26,540 bases of DNA from a virus (IMGVR_UViG_3300048856_000122:1-26540); one strand, 5' to 3'. Numbered from the stretch's first letter, positions 1 to 9,116 are shown. Notes: generated by a model from the sequence alone, not told the origin. Translations and numbers: made by a program.

Positions 1-324
1 TCACGCCCCCGTGCCCGTGTCGGGCTCGGGGTCCGGCTCGGGAGCCGGGGGCGTGGTCTGCGGCTGCCACACCTTCGCCGCGGCGACCTCGTCGGCCTCC
101 TGCGTGTCGACGTTCGACGACACGACGCCGTGACGGACAGGGCGCACGCCCTGCTCGGCGTGGATGCCGGGCGCCACGACCGTCGGGCCGTGCGGGTTGC
201 CGAGCTCGCCGGCCTCGCCCGCGTTGATCGGCGGCAGGTAGTCGACCGGCTTGGGGTTGACGGCGGCGTCCCGCAGCGGGGCGCCGTGCTGCACGGTGGC
301 GAGGTTGCGCGGGTCGGCGGTCAC
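1..324 (-). CDS. Hypothetical phage virion-module protein (107 aa)
   Basis: GTG start overlapping the upstream stop (GTGA), GGAGGTG RBS, position downstream of major capsid. Confidence 0.7.
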   Translation of the reverse strand: MTADPRNLATVQHGAPLRDAAVNPKPVDYLPPINAGEAGELGNPHGPTVVAPGIHAEQGVRPVRHGVVSSNVDTQEADEVAAAKVWQPQTTPPAPEPDPEPDTGTGA

Positions 325-851
325 TCGTCGTCACCTCCCGCCGTGCCCTCGACGTACTCGACGACCTCGGGCCTGTTCTGCCCGGCCTTCTCGGCGTCGA
401 TGACGCGGCGCACCTCGGCGTCGTGCGCCTCGGCGTCCTCGTCGTCGATGCTGTCGAGGTAGTCGCGCACCTCGTCGACCTCGTGCTCGGACGGGTCGAA
501 CGGGTCGCCCTCGACCTTGACCTCGCCGGCCTCGGCCGTGGGCAGGGACTCGGCCCACGCCTCGAGCGCAGCACGAACGCCGGCCTTGTCCGTGGCGGCG
601 GACACGTCGACGCCGTGCTCGGCGGCGAACGCCTCGAGGTCAGCACGCGAGGCGCGCGCCCCGGGCAGCTTGACCGGCTCGAGGTCGCCCTCGGTCGTGA
701 TCGTGTAGCCGCGGCGCTCGAGGTACGCGCGCACGCCCTCGGGCAGCTCGCCGTCGTACTCGGCGACGCCGTCCTCGAACATGACCGCGACCGGGCCGAA
801 CGCGGTACGCCCGCGCAGCCCATCGACGGGGCTCGTGATCTTCGTTCCCAT
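321..851 (-). CDS. Capsid-associated hypothetical protein (176 aa) with short HeH/Rho-N-like helical modules
   Basis: ATG at 851 (MGTKITSPV) after GGAGGGG RBS; segments ASRADLEAFAAEHGVDVSAATDKAGVRAALE and FDPSEHEVDEVRDYL..AEKAGQNR resemble those of genes following phage capsids. Confidence 0.7.
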   Translation of the reverse strand: MGTKITSPVDGLRGRTAFGPVAVMFEDGVAEYDGELPEGVRAYLERRGYTITTEGDLEPVKLPGARASRADLEAFAAEHGVDVSAATDKAGVRAALEAWAESLPTAEAGEVKVEGDPFDPSEHEVDEVRDYLDSIDDEDAEAHDAEVRRVIDAEKAGQNRPEVVEYVEGTAGGDDE

Positions 852-880
852 GCTTCCCCTCCCTGGGGTGTGGTTCGGGG

Positions 881-920
881 TCGCAGCGGGGCGCCGCCCG
901 ACGGCGACGCCCCGCTGCGA
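881..920 (-). terminator. Stem-loop directly after the major capsid stop (terminator/mRNA stabiliser)
   Basis: TCGCAGCGGGGCG c CGCC cgac GGCG a CGCCCCGCTGCGA; the single mismatch becomes G-U on the minus-strand RNA; no long U tract. Confidence 0.65.
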
Positions 921-925
921 GAGGG

Positions 926-1888
926 TCACGCGACCTTGATGCCGCGCAGGACGGCCGCGGCGCGCGTGCGCTTGAGCGCCACCGCGACCGGGCCCATCTC
1001 GACCTCGCCCGTCTTGACCGCGCCGGGCGTGGTGAAGTCGGGGAGGTACTGCGTGATGACCTGCGAGCCGACGGTCGCGACGCCGTGGAACGCGTCGAGG
1101 CCGAACCGCACCGCGTACAGGTCGGACGTGCCGTCGGCCGCGGTCGGGATGACCGGGTCGTTCGTGCCCGGCTTCACGCCCAGGTCGATCAGCGGGATGC
1201 CCCGCCACGCCGTGACGGTCTGCCCGAACGCGTCGATCGTCGACAGCTGCGAGACGTAGTCGGCGATGGACTCGAGGTCGGCGAGGGTGTCGGCGTTCAT
1301 GAGGAACGCCGACGGAACGCCGTCCATGAGCTTGGTCAGGGCGCGGAGGCGCTTGAGGGCGGTCAGGCCGGCCTCACGGGTGGCGACGTTCGCCCAGTCC
1401 GACCCGGCCGCGCCGGCGGGCAGGATGACCTCGGTGCTCGACCCGGCGAGCGCCTTGTCGAGGCCGTCGAACACGCGATCGTCCTGCGTGCTGTCGCCGT
1501 AGATGACGGCGTTGCAGAACTCGGCGACGGTCGCCTTGACCTTCTCGCGCGACTGGAAGGCGACCTCACCGGTGGCGGCGGGGCCGACCTTCGCGAGCAC
1601 GCGGTCGATCTGGTAGGCGCCGCCGAGCACCTTGAGCTCGACCGCGTGGTTCTCGGTCGTCGCCTCGGTCGGGGCGTACTCGGCGTTGATCGCGCGGAAC
1701 CCGGCCGTGCTCACCGACTTCTGCCGGCGGTAGCCGTACGTGAGCGTCGCGCCGCCGCCGGCGGGGTTGACGACGTCGTCGAACGTGAGCTGGTCCAGCA
1801 GGTAGGACGAGCGGCGGAACTCGTCGATGATCGCGAGGTCGGTGGCGGCGGTCGCGTTCTGGCGCGCCTGCTCGAGGGTCACCGGCAT
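926..1888 (-). CDS. Major capsid protein (HK97-fold, 320 aa)
   Basis: FRAINAEY, LKVLGGAYQIDRVLA, FDGLDKAL, PSAFLMN, AAAVLRGIKV motifs typical of actinophage capsids; follows scaffold; AGGGAG RBS. Confidence 0.9.
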   Translation of the reverse strand: MPVTLEQARQNATAATDLAIIDEFRRSSYLLDQLTFDDVVNPAGGGATLTYGYRRQKSVSTAGFRAINAEYAPTEATTENHAVELKVLGGAYQIDRVLAKVGPAATGEVAFQSREKVKATVAEFCNAVIYGDSTQDDRVFDGLDKALAGSSTEVILPAGAAGSDWANVATREAGLTALKRLRALTKLMDGVPSAFLMNADTLADLESIADYVSQLSTIDAFGQTVTAWRGIPLIDLGVKPGTNDPVIPTAADGTSDLYAVRFGLDAFHGVATVGSQVITQYLPDFTTPGAVKTGEVEMGPVAVALKRTRAAAVLRGIKVA

Positions 1889-1919
1889 GATGTGTCTCCC
1901 TTGGGGGTTCGGCTACGGC

Positions 1920-2702
1920 CTAGATGCCGTAGTGCTGGCGCACCGCGTCCTCGAAGGACGCGGGCTGTCGGGGGTTGCCCTGCTCGCCGCCGACGTGGTC
2001 GACGGCGTTGCTCCCACGGGCAGCGGTGACGCGCAGGCTCGGGTTCGCCTCGACGGCCGCCTTGATCGCGTCGTCGAGGCGCTCGGCGAACTTCTCGCTG
2101 GTCGGCGAGAGCTTCTCGACGGCGGCCAGGAAGGACCGCGAGTCGAGGAGCCCGGCCGGCGATGCGTTGAGCGCGCCGGCGCGTCGTTCGACGGCGAGCT
2201 CGAGCCGGGCGGCTCGGGCGTCGGCCTCGGCTGCGTCGGCGCGCTCGGTCGCCTCCCGGGCCCGGACGCGGAGCTTCGCGTTCTGGTCCCGGGCGGCCTT
2301 GAGTGCGGCGCGCGTCTGCTCGTGGGTGAGGGTCGAGTCGTCGGCCGCCTCGTCGTCGTCGCTGTCGTCGTCGTCGGACGCTCCCGGCGTCTCGTCGTCG
2401 TCAGCGGCGGTGTCCTCGGTGGTGTCCGTCTCGGTGGCCGTCGCCTCGTCGTCCGTCGAGGTGTCCTCGGCGGTCGCCTCGGTGGCGGCCGTGTCGGCGG
2501 CCTGCTGGTCGCCGGTGTCCTCCGTCGCCGCGCCCGGGGCGCCCGCGGTCGCGGCGTCGGTGGTGCCCGTGGTGCCGGGCGTGCCCTCGCCGGCGCCGCC
2601 GTCGCCGTCGGCGAACCGCAGCCGCGAGAACCGCGGGTGTCGGTAACCGGGGGACGGCAGGATCGGCAGGGCGGGGGTGGTGCTGGTCGTGCTGGTGGAC
2701 AC
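1920..2702 (-). CDS. Capsid scaffolding protein (about 260 aa)
   Basis: GTG at 2702 after GGAGG; long acidic D/E/T tract, coiled coil (LKAARDQNAKLRVRARE), LLDSRSFL motif; directly upstream of capsid. Confidence 0.8.
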   Translation of the reverse strand: MSTSTTSTTPALPILPSPGYRHPRFSRLRFADGDGGAGEGTPGTTGTTDAATAGAPGAATEDTGDQQAADTAATEATAEDTSTDDEATATETDTTEDTAADDDETPGASDDDDSDDDEAADDSTLTHEQTRAALKAARDQNAKLRVRAREATERADAAEADARAARLELAVERRAGALNASPAGLLDSRSFLAAVEKLSPTSEKFAERLDDAIKAAVEANPSLRVTAARGSNAVDHVGGEQGNPRQPASFEDAVRQHYGI

Positions 2703-2852
2703 GTCGCCTCCCGGGCGCTCGTGGGTGGGTGTTGCCTGCCCCGGCACCCGGCCGGGGAAGTCGTGGTGCCCGCTGCCGCTCGACCCCGGCGAGGTGGGGT
2801 CGGAGGCTCGTCCTCGCCGGGACCAGGCGGCGGGCGGCGCCTAGCTCGGGGG

Positions 2853-3995
2853 TCAGCGGGTGCGGCGGATGTGCCCGAGGTCGGGCTGCTCGCGGTTGCG
2901 CTGACGCATGAGGTCGTGCTCGGCGACGTGCTCGCGGATGCGCGCCTGTAGGTCGCGCACCTTCCGGTCGGCGGTGCGGCGCTGGTCGTCGTCGAGCGCG
3001 GCGGCGGCTTCGCTCTTGGCCTTGCGCACCTGCCGCTCGAGGTAGCGGAGCTGCTGGCGCGCCTTCTCGGCATCGGGGTCGTAGGTGGTGACGTCGGCGA
3101 TGACGGACAGGCCGGGCAGGTAGGCGACGGTGCGGCAGCGGCAGTTGGGATGCCGCCACTTGTGCGCCTTCGCCTCGTCGAGGGTGCCGGCCACGGTGAC
3201 CGTCACCTCGCGGTCCTCGGTCGCGTGCTGCACCCGGATGCGCCCCGTGGGCCCGTTGTCGGTGCGCAGCACCTTCCCGGCCCACCGGGCGCACGGCTCG
3301 CACGAGCCGCGGCCCACGACGACGGACACGAGGTCGATGCCGGCCTGGCGCAGGGCGCCGACGTGCGCGTCGTTGTACGCCCGGCGGGTGGCCGACCGGG
3401 TCGCCATTTCGGTGTAGGCGCTGAGGGTCCAGCGGCGCCCGCTCTTGTCGACGAACCCGGTTACGCCGCCGTCGAGCAGCCTGTTCCACGCGGCGGCCTG
3501 CGCGGTCTGTGTGGTGCCCGTGCCGAGCAGGACGGTTGTGGAGTCCAGGGCGACCGCACGGCGGTACACGTCGTCGGGGAAGCGCAGCACGCGCCGGGTG
3601 ACGTCCTCGAGCGCGTTCGACAGGTCAGCGCGGACCACCTGCGCCGCGGCGGCGCCGGGGAGCGCGGCGGTCGCCGCGGTGATGTCCGGGACGTCGGCGA
3701 GGTCGGACAGCTCTTGCAGGGCCGCGTCGGCGCCCCACTCGGAGGCGACGGCGAGGATGCGGTCGAGCTCGCCGGGGTACGCCTCGGCGAGGCGGCGGGC
3801 GATGGTCTGCGCGTCGCGGGTCAGCTCGCCCATGCGCAGCGCGCGGGCGGCGTTCCGTTCGCCGTCCTCGAGGCCGGTGCGCAGCTGCATGGCGACGAGC
3901 TGCACGAGCTCGCGCTCGGCGGTGCCGAACAGCTCGACGAGGGACTGCACGAGGCGGTCGAGGGCGTCGGACCCGTCGGGGACGTACTGCGCCAC
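2853..3995 (-). CDS. Phage minor capsid protein (Phage_min_cap2/MuF-like, 380 aa)
   Basis: GFVDKSGRRWTLSAYTEMATRS, CEPCARWAGKVL, HPNCRC, QQLRYLERQVRKAK, RQRNREQ motifs; GGAGGTG RBS. Confidence 0.9.
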   Translation of the reverse strand: MAQYVPDGSDALDRLVQSLVELFGTAERELVQLVAMQLRTGLEDGERNAARALRMGELTRDAQTIARRLAEAYPGELDRILAVASEWGADAALQELSDLADVPDITAATAALPGAAAAQVVRADLSNALEDVTRRVLRFPDDVYRRAVALDSTTVLLGTGTTQTAQAAAWNRLLDGGVTGFVDKSGRRWTLSAYTEMATRSATRRAYNDAHVGALRQAGIDLVSVVVGRGSCEPCARWAGKVLRTDNGPTGRIRVQHATEDREVTVTVAGTLDEAKAHKWRHPNCRCRTVAYLPGLSVIADVTTYDPDAEKARQQLRYLERQVRKAKSEAAAALDDDQRRTADRKVRDLQARIREHVAEHDLMRQRNREQPDLGHIRRTR

Positions 3996-4103
3996 GGCCG
4001 CACCTCCCGCCTGTTAACCTCAGCGGCAGCCCGTTGCGCTGAGCTTCGGGAAGTGAGGGCCCGGACCCGGTCGGAATGGCCGGGCGCCGGGCCCTCGCGC
4101 TTC

Positions 4104-5684
4104 TCAGCCCGTGAACGTGTACGGGTCGACGACGGCACGCTGCTCGCCGAGGATGCGTTCGACCTCGGCGTCGACCTCGGGCTGCTCCCACTCGGGGTGC
4201 ACGAGCTGCACGAGGGTGTGCGTGGACGCCGCCCGGGCCACGGAGAGCGCCTGCGCGGTCTGGGCGAGGCTGAGGGGCGAGTCCTGCACGCTGTCGGGGA
4301 ACGTGACCGTGAGGCCGTCCGGGTCGAGGCCGGGCGTGTTGAACACGGCGGCGTCAACGGTGAGCATCTTCCGCACGAGGTGGACCAGCGCGGGCCGCTC
4401 GTGGCGGATCTTCCGGTCCCGGGTGGTGTACGACCGCCGCTCGCGGGCGTGCACCTCCGTCGCGGTCATCTGCGCGCCGGACTCGAGGCCGTCGGCGAGG
4501 GTCTGCGTGGAGTAGCCGGCCGTGCCGATCGCCCGCTGCACGAGGTCGTCGACGATGCGCAGGTGCTCGTCGACCCGGATCGCGAACTGCTGCGGGGTGA
4601 TCTGCCCGCGGCCCTGCTCGTCCGGCGGGGTGTTGAGCTCTTCGTACACCTCGCGGTCCACGTCGAACGTCGAGCCCTGCCCGAGCACGCCGCCGCCGAG
4701 CATGAACGACGGGACGATGAGGCGGCCCTTCGCGAGACGCACGTCGCGCATGAGGCTCGTGTACGTCTCGTCGATGCCGTCGAACAGCGGTTCGGCCTGC
4801 TCGAAGTCGGAGCGGCCGAGGTTGCGGCCGACGGGGTCGAGGCGCCACCCGCGCGCCGGGGTCTGGTTCGGCACGTAGGCGACGGCGAGGCCGGGGGTGC
4901 GGCCCTCGACCACCGCGCCGTCCTGGTCGACGATGCCGGCGAGCCGGGCGACGCTGTCGGGCGCGCCCGTGTCGTTGAGCGGGATCATGCGGCCGAGGGC
5001 GTCGTCGGTGCCCTCGTACAGGCCGTGCAGCGTGATCCCGACGCCGCCGTCGAGCTCGTGCCGCTCGAGGTGGCGGAGCACCTGCTGCCCGTTGCGGGCG
5101 ACGACGGACCAGAACGTCACGGCGACGAGGCGGCCCCACCGGAACTCCGGCCACGCCTGGTCGGCGTCGACGGTGGACAGGAACGGCCGCTTGAGGTCAA
5201 GGTCGTGGTCCCAGGTGACGCGGTGGAACCGGCCGCCGAGCGCGGCGCCCACCTCGGCGCCGGTGGCGAGCACGTCGTGCATGCCGTCGTCGACGTACTC
5301 GGCGAGCCGCTTGGCGGTCTGCGTGGGCTCGGCCGCCACGCCGTCGGCCTGCGGGCGGGCGGGGACGGCGACGCGCGGCGCCTCGGCGTACAGCAGGTCG
5401 CCCGACGCCCGGGCCAGGTCGGCGGCGACGGGCACGTGCAGCATGCGGCGCGGCTGCGTGAGGTCGGTCTGCGGCCGGCCGTACCAGAACCGGGACCACG
5501 CGCCGACGACACCGCCGGCGAGCTGCCCGGGGCGCACGGGGGCGCGCTTGGCGCCTGGGCGGGCCTGGTAGACGGCGGCGAGCCGGTCGACGTCACCCCG
5601 GTACCACGCGTCCCACTCCTCGAGGCGGGGGCGAACGCCGGCGAGGGCGCGCGGCGGCCACGCCTGGTCAGCGGGCAGCGGCAT
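4104..5684 (-). CDS. Phage portal protein (SPP1/A118-like, 526 aa)
   Basis: ATG at 5684 (MPLPADQAWPP) after GGAGGTG; LHVPVAADLA, PEFRWGRL, LGRSDF, IRVDEH, MTATEV, FPDSVQ motifs. Confidence 0.9.
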   Translation of the reverse strand: MPLPADQAWPPRALAGVRPRLEEWDAWYRGDVDRLAAVYQARPGAKRAPVRPGQLAGGVVGAWSRFWYGRPQTDLTQPRRMLHVPVAADLARASGDLLYAEAPRVAVPARPQADGVAAEPTQTAKRLAEYVDDGMHDVLATGAEVGAALGGRFHRVTWDHDLDLKRPFLSTVDADQAWPEFRWGRLVAVTFWSVVARNGQQVLRHLERHELDGGVGITLHGLYEGTDDALGRMIPLNDTGAPDSVARLAGIVDQDGAVVEGRTPGLAVAYVPNQTPARGWRLDPVGRNLGRSDFEQAEPLFDGIDETYTSLMRDVRLAKGRLIVPSFMLGGGVLGQGSTFDVDREVYEELNTPPDEQGRGQITPQQFAIRVDEHLRIVDDLVQRAIGTAGYSTQTLADGLESGAQMTATEVHARERRSYTTRDRKIRHERPALVHLVRKMLTVDAAVFNTPGLDPDGLTVTFPDSVQDSPLSLAQTAQALSVARAASTHTLVQLVHPEWEQPEVDAEVERILGEQRAVVDPYTFTG

Positions 5685-5979
5685 GGGGCACCTCCGGGGT
5701 GATGGGCTCGTACATGGCGGCGAACCGCTCGGCCGAGCGCGGGACCACGCCCGCGCCGGGGAAGTGCACGACGTACTGGCCGGGCAGCACGACGTCGTCG
5801 CGCAGGTCGCCCCAGCACACGCCGCCCGTGCCGGGGTCGGCCGTGGGGTGCTCGCCGAGCTCGCGCAGCCATGCGATGACGGCGGCCTGCGAGGCGGGGT
5901 GATGCTCGAGCAGCACGGCCTCGACCTCGGCGGGTCGGCGGCGGTACCGCTGCGGCGTCGCGGGCTGGATCCTGGGCAC
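5668..5979 (-). CDS. Small phage protein (103 aa) of the YRKKPVxIEA...F..TYE type
   Basis: GTG at 5979 after GAGAGG; YRRRPAEVEAV...PGQYVV...ERFAAMYE pattern. Confidence 0.7.
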   Translation of the reverse strand: MPRIQPATPQRYRRRPAEVEAVLLEHHPASQAAVIAWLRELGEHPTADPGTGGVCWGDLRDDVVLPGQYVVHFPGAGVVPRSAERFAAMYEPITPEVPHAAAR

Positions 5980-5995
5980 GGCGGCGTCCTCTCGG

Positions 5996-7315
5996 TCAGG
6001 CGGCGAGCTCGACGTCGGAGCCCGTGCCGGGTGCGGTGTCCTCGGCGGCGGCGAGCGGCACGAGGCCGCGCCACATGTACCGGGACGTGAAGATCGCGTA
6101 GCGGAGCGCGTCGACCTCGTCGTCGTCGGCCTTGACCGGCGCCGTCTCCCCGCGCGCGGTGGCCTTGTCGTCCCACACGTAGCCGGGGATGCGGTCGATG
6201 AGGTTCGTGCAGGTGTCGACGACGGCGAGCTTGCCGACGGCGAGCAGGCCGGCGACGGTCTGAATGCCGGGCACGACGGGCTTGTGCGCCTTCTGCACGT
6301 TGCCGAACCCGTCGTGGTGCAGCTGGTGGCCGAACGACGCGGCAGCCGGGTCGTAGGCGATCCACTGCGGCGCCCACTTGCGGCGGTCGGGGTGCAGCAA
6401 CCACCGCTTGAGGTCGGCGGCGTGCTCGCCGATGGTGGCGGAGCCGGGCGCCCACTCGTCGAGCACGTACAGGCGGTGCTCGCCCTCGTGCCCGGGCCGC
6501 AGGTCGGAGCCGATGCCGAGCAGGTAGCCGCGGGTGGGGTGCACGTCGCCGTAGTCGACGCCGAGGTACAGGCTTCGCAGGTCGTCGGGCAGGTCGTCAC
6601 GCCGGATGACGTGCCGGGCTTCGTCCCACATGCCGTACACGGCGCCCTCGGCCTGCACCCACTCGCCGAGGATGAACCGCCGGTACCAGAGCCCGGTGTA
6701 CTCGCGCGACACCTTGGCGATGTACGACGCCTCCAAGAACGTGTTGTCGGTCATCTTGAACCGGAACACGCGGTAGTGGAGCGCCTTGGCGCGCTTGAGC
6801 ACCTGGCGGTTGAACCAGTGCGCGGGGCCGTCGGGGTTGGTGGTGGCGAACAGGCGGGCGCCGGGCACGCTCATGCGGCCGAGCAGCTGCGTCCAGAACG
6901 CTTCGGCGACGAGGGTTGCCTCGTCGACGTAGGCGCCGGCGACAGTGAGGCCGCGCAGCACGTTCTCGGCACGGGAGTCGGACGCGCCGAGAACGTGCAC
7001 GGTGCGGCCGAACATCTTGGCCGTCGGGGCGCCCGCGGTGTAGCTGATGTGCTGCGCGAACTTGCCGACGATGCTCGGGTCGGTGAGCACGGCGAACACG
7101 TTGCGGTGCACGGACTCGCGGGTGCGGCCGACGATGACGAGCTGCCCGCTGCGGGGTGCGACGAGCACGAACAGCAGCCAGGCGATGAGCGAGGCGACGG
7201 TCTTGCCGGATCGGATCGCGCCGTGCCAGACGTTCACGCGGGCCGTCGCGCCGGCGATGCTGCGGACCTGCGCGGGGGTGAACCCGGCGAGCACGGCGTC
7301 GGTTACGGCGGTCAC
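5996..7315 (-). CDS. terL: Terminase large subunit (PBSX-family-like, 439 aa)
   Basis: Walker A GAIRSGKT, Walker B AYVDE, coupling motif ATTNP, nuclease GVDYG and DDDEVDALRY. Confidence 0.95.
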   Translation of the reverse strand: MTAVTDAVLAGFTPAQVRSIAGATARVNVWHGAIRSGKTVASLIAWLLFVLVAPRSGQLVIVGRTRESVHRNVFAVLTDPSIVGKFAQHISYTAGAPTAKMFGRTVHVLGASDSRAENVLRGLTVAGAYVDEATLVAEAFWTQLLGRMSVPGARLFATTNPDGPAHWFNRQVLKRAKALHYRVFRFKMTDNTFLEASYIAKVSREYTGLWYRRFILGEWVQAEGAVYGMWDEARHVIRRDDLPDDLRSLYLGVDYGDVHPTRGYLLGIGSDLRPGHEGEHRLYVLDEWAPGSATIGEHAADLKRWLLHPDRRKWAPQWIAYDPAAASFGHQLHHDGFGNVQKAHKPVVPGIQTVAGLLAVGKLAVVDTCTNLIDRIPGYVWDDKATARGETAPVKADDDEVDALRYAIFTSRYMWRGLVPLAAAEDTAPGTGSDVELAA

Positions 7316-7334
7316 GGCCTCACCTCCGGGCCGG

Positions 7335-8126
7335 TCAGTCGTCGCCGAGCGCCTCGAGCACCTGCCGGCCGGCGTCGACCTCGGGCGCGCTGCCGGTGGT
7401 CACCCATCGCTCGGCGAGTTCGCGCACGCGGTCGTCGCGCTCGACGCTGCGGCCGATGCGGCGGTACGACGCGTCGAGCGTCTCGGCGTGCCCGCGGCGC
7501 TCGAGGTCGAGCGCCGCCTCGAGCTCGTCGTGCCCGGCCTGCGCGGCGGCGAGGCGGCCGTCTCGGTCGGCGAGCTGGTCGCTGAGCTCGATGATGCGGC
7601 GGGCGGCGGCGGCCATCACCTCGCCGACGGTCGGGCCCTCGAGCAGCACCTCGCCGTCGGGCCCGGTGAGCACGACGTGCTGGGGCTCGAGGCTGCGCAG
7701 GTCGATGCAGTGCGCGTCGACGATGGGTGCGCCGAGGTAGGCGCGCTGGCGGGCGCCCTCGGTTGCGTCGAGCTCGTCGACGCTCGGCGCGCACGGCGTC
7801 GCGAGGCGCGCCTCGACGTGCTCGGCCCGGCAGCCGGGGAACGTGCACGCGCGGCGCTGGCCGCGGTCGCCGTACGTGGTGACGTCCGACCACAGGTGCT
7901 CGCCGGCGTAGTGCCGGCGCACGACGTCGACGGCCTCGTGCACGTCGCGGTGCGGCGGGTACTGGCACAGGGTGAGCGCGGCCGAGCGTGCAGGCCGGCC
8001 GAGGTCGGCCTCGAGCCGCTCGAGCGCCTGCCATGCCTCGTGCGCCTGACGCTCGAGCTCGGCGGTGCGCGGGTGCCCGAGCGGGAGGTACGCCTCGCCG
8101 GGCGATGCCTGCGGGTCGTTCGTCAT
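7335..8126 (-). CDS. Hypothetical protein (263 aa) with Cys/His cluster and C-terminal coiled coil
   Basis: ATG at 8126 coupled to upstream stop, AGGGAGG RBS; CTFPGC..H motif; heptad-rich tail. Confidence 0.7.
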   Translation of the reverse strand: MTNDPQASPGEAYLPLGHPRTAELERQAHEAWQALERLEADLGRPARSAALTLCQYPPHRDVHEAVDVVRRHYAGEHLWSDVTTYGDRGQRRACTFPGCRAEHVEARLATPCAPSVDELDATEGARQRAYLGAPIVDAHCIDLRSLEPQHVVLTGPDGEVLLEGPTVGEVMAAAARRIIELSDQLADRDGRLAAAQAGHDELEAALDLERRGHAETLDASYRRIGRSVERDDRVRELAERWVTTGSAPEVDAGRQVLEALGDD

Positions 8127-8380
8127 GCGTGCTCCCTCCCTGCGGCCCATCGGGCGCGGTTGCGTCGGTGCGTCGGTGTGAGGGCGTGCAGCTCGAACCG
8201 GACGGCGGCCCATCCGTACGGGCCGAACGGGCGCTCACGGCCGAACCGGCGGCGGCACGGCTCGCACCTGACGACGCCGGCGATCGTCCACCACGCGACG
8301 AGCCGAGCGAGCAGGTAGGCGACCCCTGCACCGGCGGCGGCGGTGGCGATGCCGAGCAGGTACGCGGTCAACGGGGTCAT
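8123..8380 (-). CDS. Small membrane-anchored protein (85 aa) with CxxC
   Basis: Hydrophobic N-terminus LTAYLLGIATAAAGAGVAYLLA, CEPC; ATGA coupling at both ends. Confidence 0.65.
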   Translation of the reverse strand: MTPLTAYLLGIATAAAGAGVAYLLARLVAWWTIAGVVRCEPCRRRFGRERPFGPYGWAAVRFELHALTPTHRRNRARWAAGREHA

Positions 8381-8946
8381 GCGGCGTCGCCTCCCTCGGG
8401 GTCGGGCTCGGGGGTCCAGTCCTCGGGGGTGACTTCCTCGACGTCGAGGCGCCCGATGCCACCCGCCACCGCGGCGAACGCGTTGGCGACGGCCTCGAGG
8501 GCGCCGGCGACCTCGCCGTACCCGCCGTCCGCGTCGTGCTCGTCGATGCGGAGCGCGGTCTGCATGGCGATCTGCGCGGCGCTCATGAGCTCGCGGTGGT
8601 CGCGGGCCGGCGGCTGCTCGAGGGTCTTCTCTTCCTCGGCGCCGAACCCGCCCCGGATGAGCGCGGTGTACGTGGGCGCCTCGAGCCGGTCGAGGATCTT
8701 CTCGGCCTGCCCGACCATGCGCTGCGCTACCGCGGCCCGTCGTGCCTTGACGTCGACGACGGCGGCCTGCGTGGCGGCCTCAGTGCGGGTCCGGTCAGCG
8801 GTGATGCCGAGGTGCCGCATGCGCCGGCGCACGGTCGCGTCCGACGTGCCGAGCTCGGCGCCGATCTTGCGGGCGCTCACACCGTCGGAGCAGCGGGCGC
8901 GCAGCAGGGCGTCGCGCTCGTCGGTCCACTGGAACGCGGACGGCAT
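8377..8946 (-). CDS. terS: HTH protein, probable terminase small subunit (189 aa)
   Basis: N-terminal HTH (GVSARKIGAELGTSDATVRRRMRHLG), RTEAATQA then helical region; first gene of the late operon, upstream of terL. Confidence 0.75.
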   Translation of the reverse strand: MPSAFQWTDERDALLRARCSDGVSARKIGAELGTSDATVRRRMRHLGITADRTRTEAATQAAVVDVKARRAAVAQRMVGQAEKILDRLEAPTYTALIRGGFGAEEEKTLEQPPARDHRELMSAAQIAMQTALRIDEHDADGGYGEVAGALEAVANAFAAVAGGIGRLDVEEVTPEDWTPEPDPEGGDAA

Positions 8947-9017
8947 GCGACCACCGCCCTCCCGTCGAACCGTTCACGCGCGCGCGAGGTTGACGCGAGA
9001 CGCTGCGCTTGAAATGG

Positions 9018-9056
9018 CGAGGGCCCGCCGGGTGGGTTTCACCTGGCGGGCCCTCG
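9018..9056. terminator. 17-bp stem-loop in the late-operon leader
   Basis: CGAGGGCCCGCCGGGTG ggttt CACCTGGCGGGCCCTCG with one G-T pair. Confidence 0.6.
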
Positions 9057-9116
9057 TGAGTGCTGCGCGTGCCCTTGCGCTGCTGCCTCGATCGCCGTCT
9101 GTGGCGATTCGAGCAC

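Noticed and set aside
2340-2600. Low-complexity GTC/TCG-rich tract as a DNA repeat element
   Set aside because: Simply encodes the acidic D/E/T/A region of the scaffold protein
3150-5702. 850-aa plus-strand ORF and the many other long plus-strand ORFs across the prophage (e.g. 6284-7585, 13409-14971, 19180-20667)
   Set aside because: Antisense shadows of clear minus-strand genes, expected in high-GC DNA; no recognisable motifs
8965-8976. TCGAAC-C-GTTCA upstream of terS as a second SOS box
   Set aside because: Spacer is 1 bp instead of 4 and the right half is imperfect
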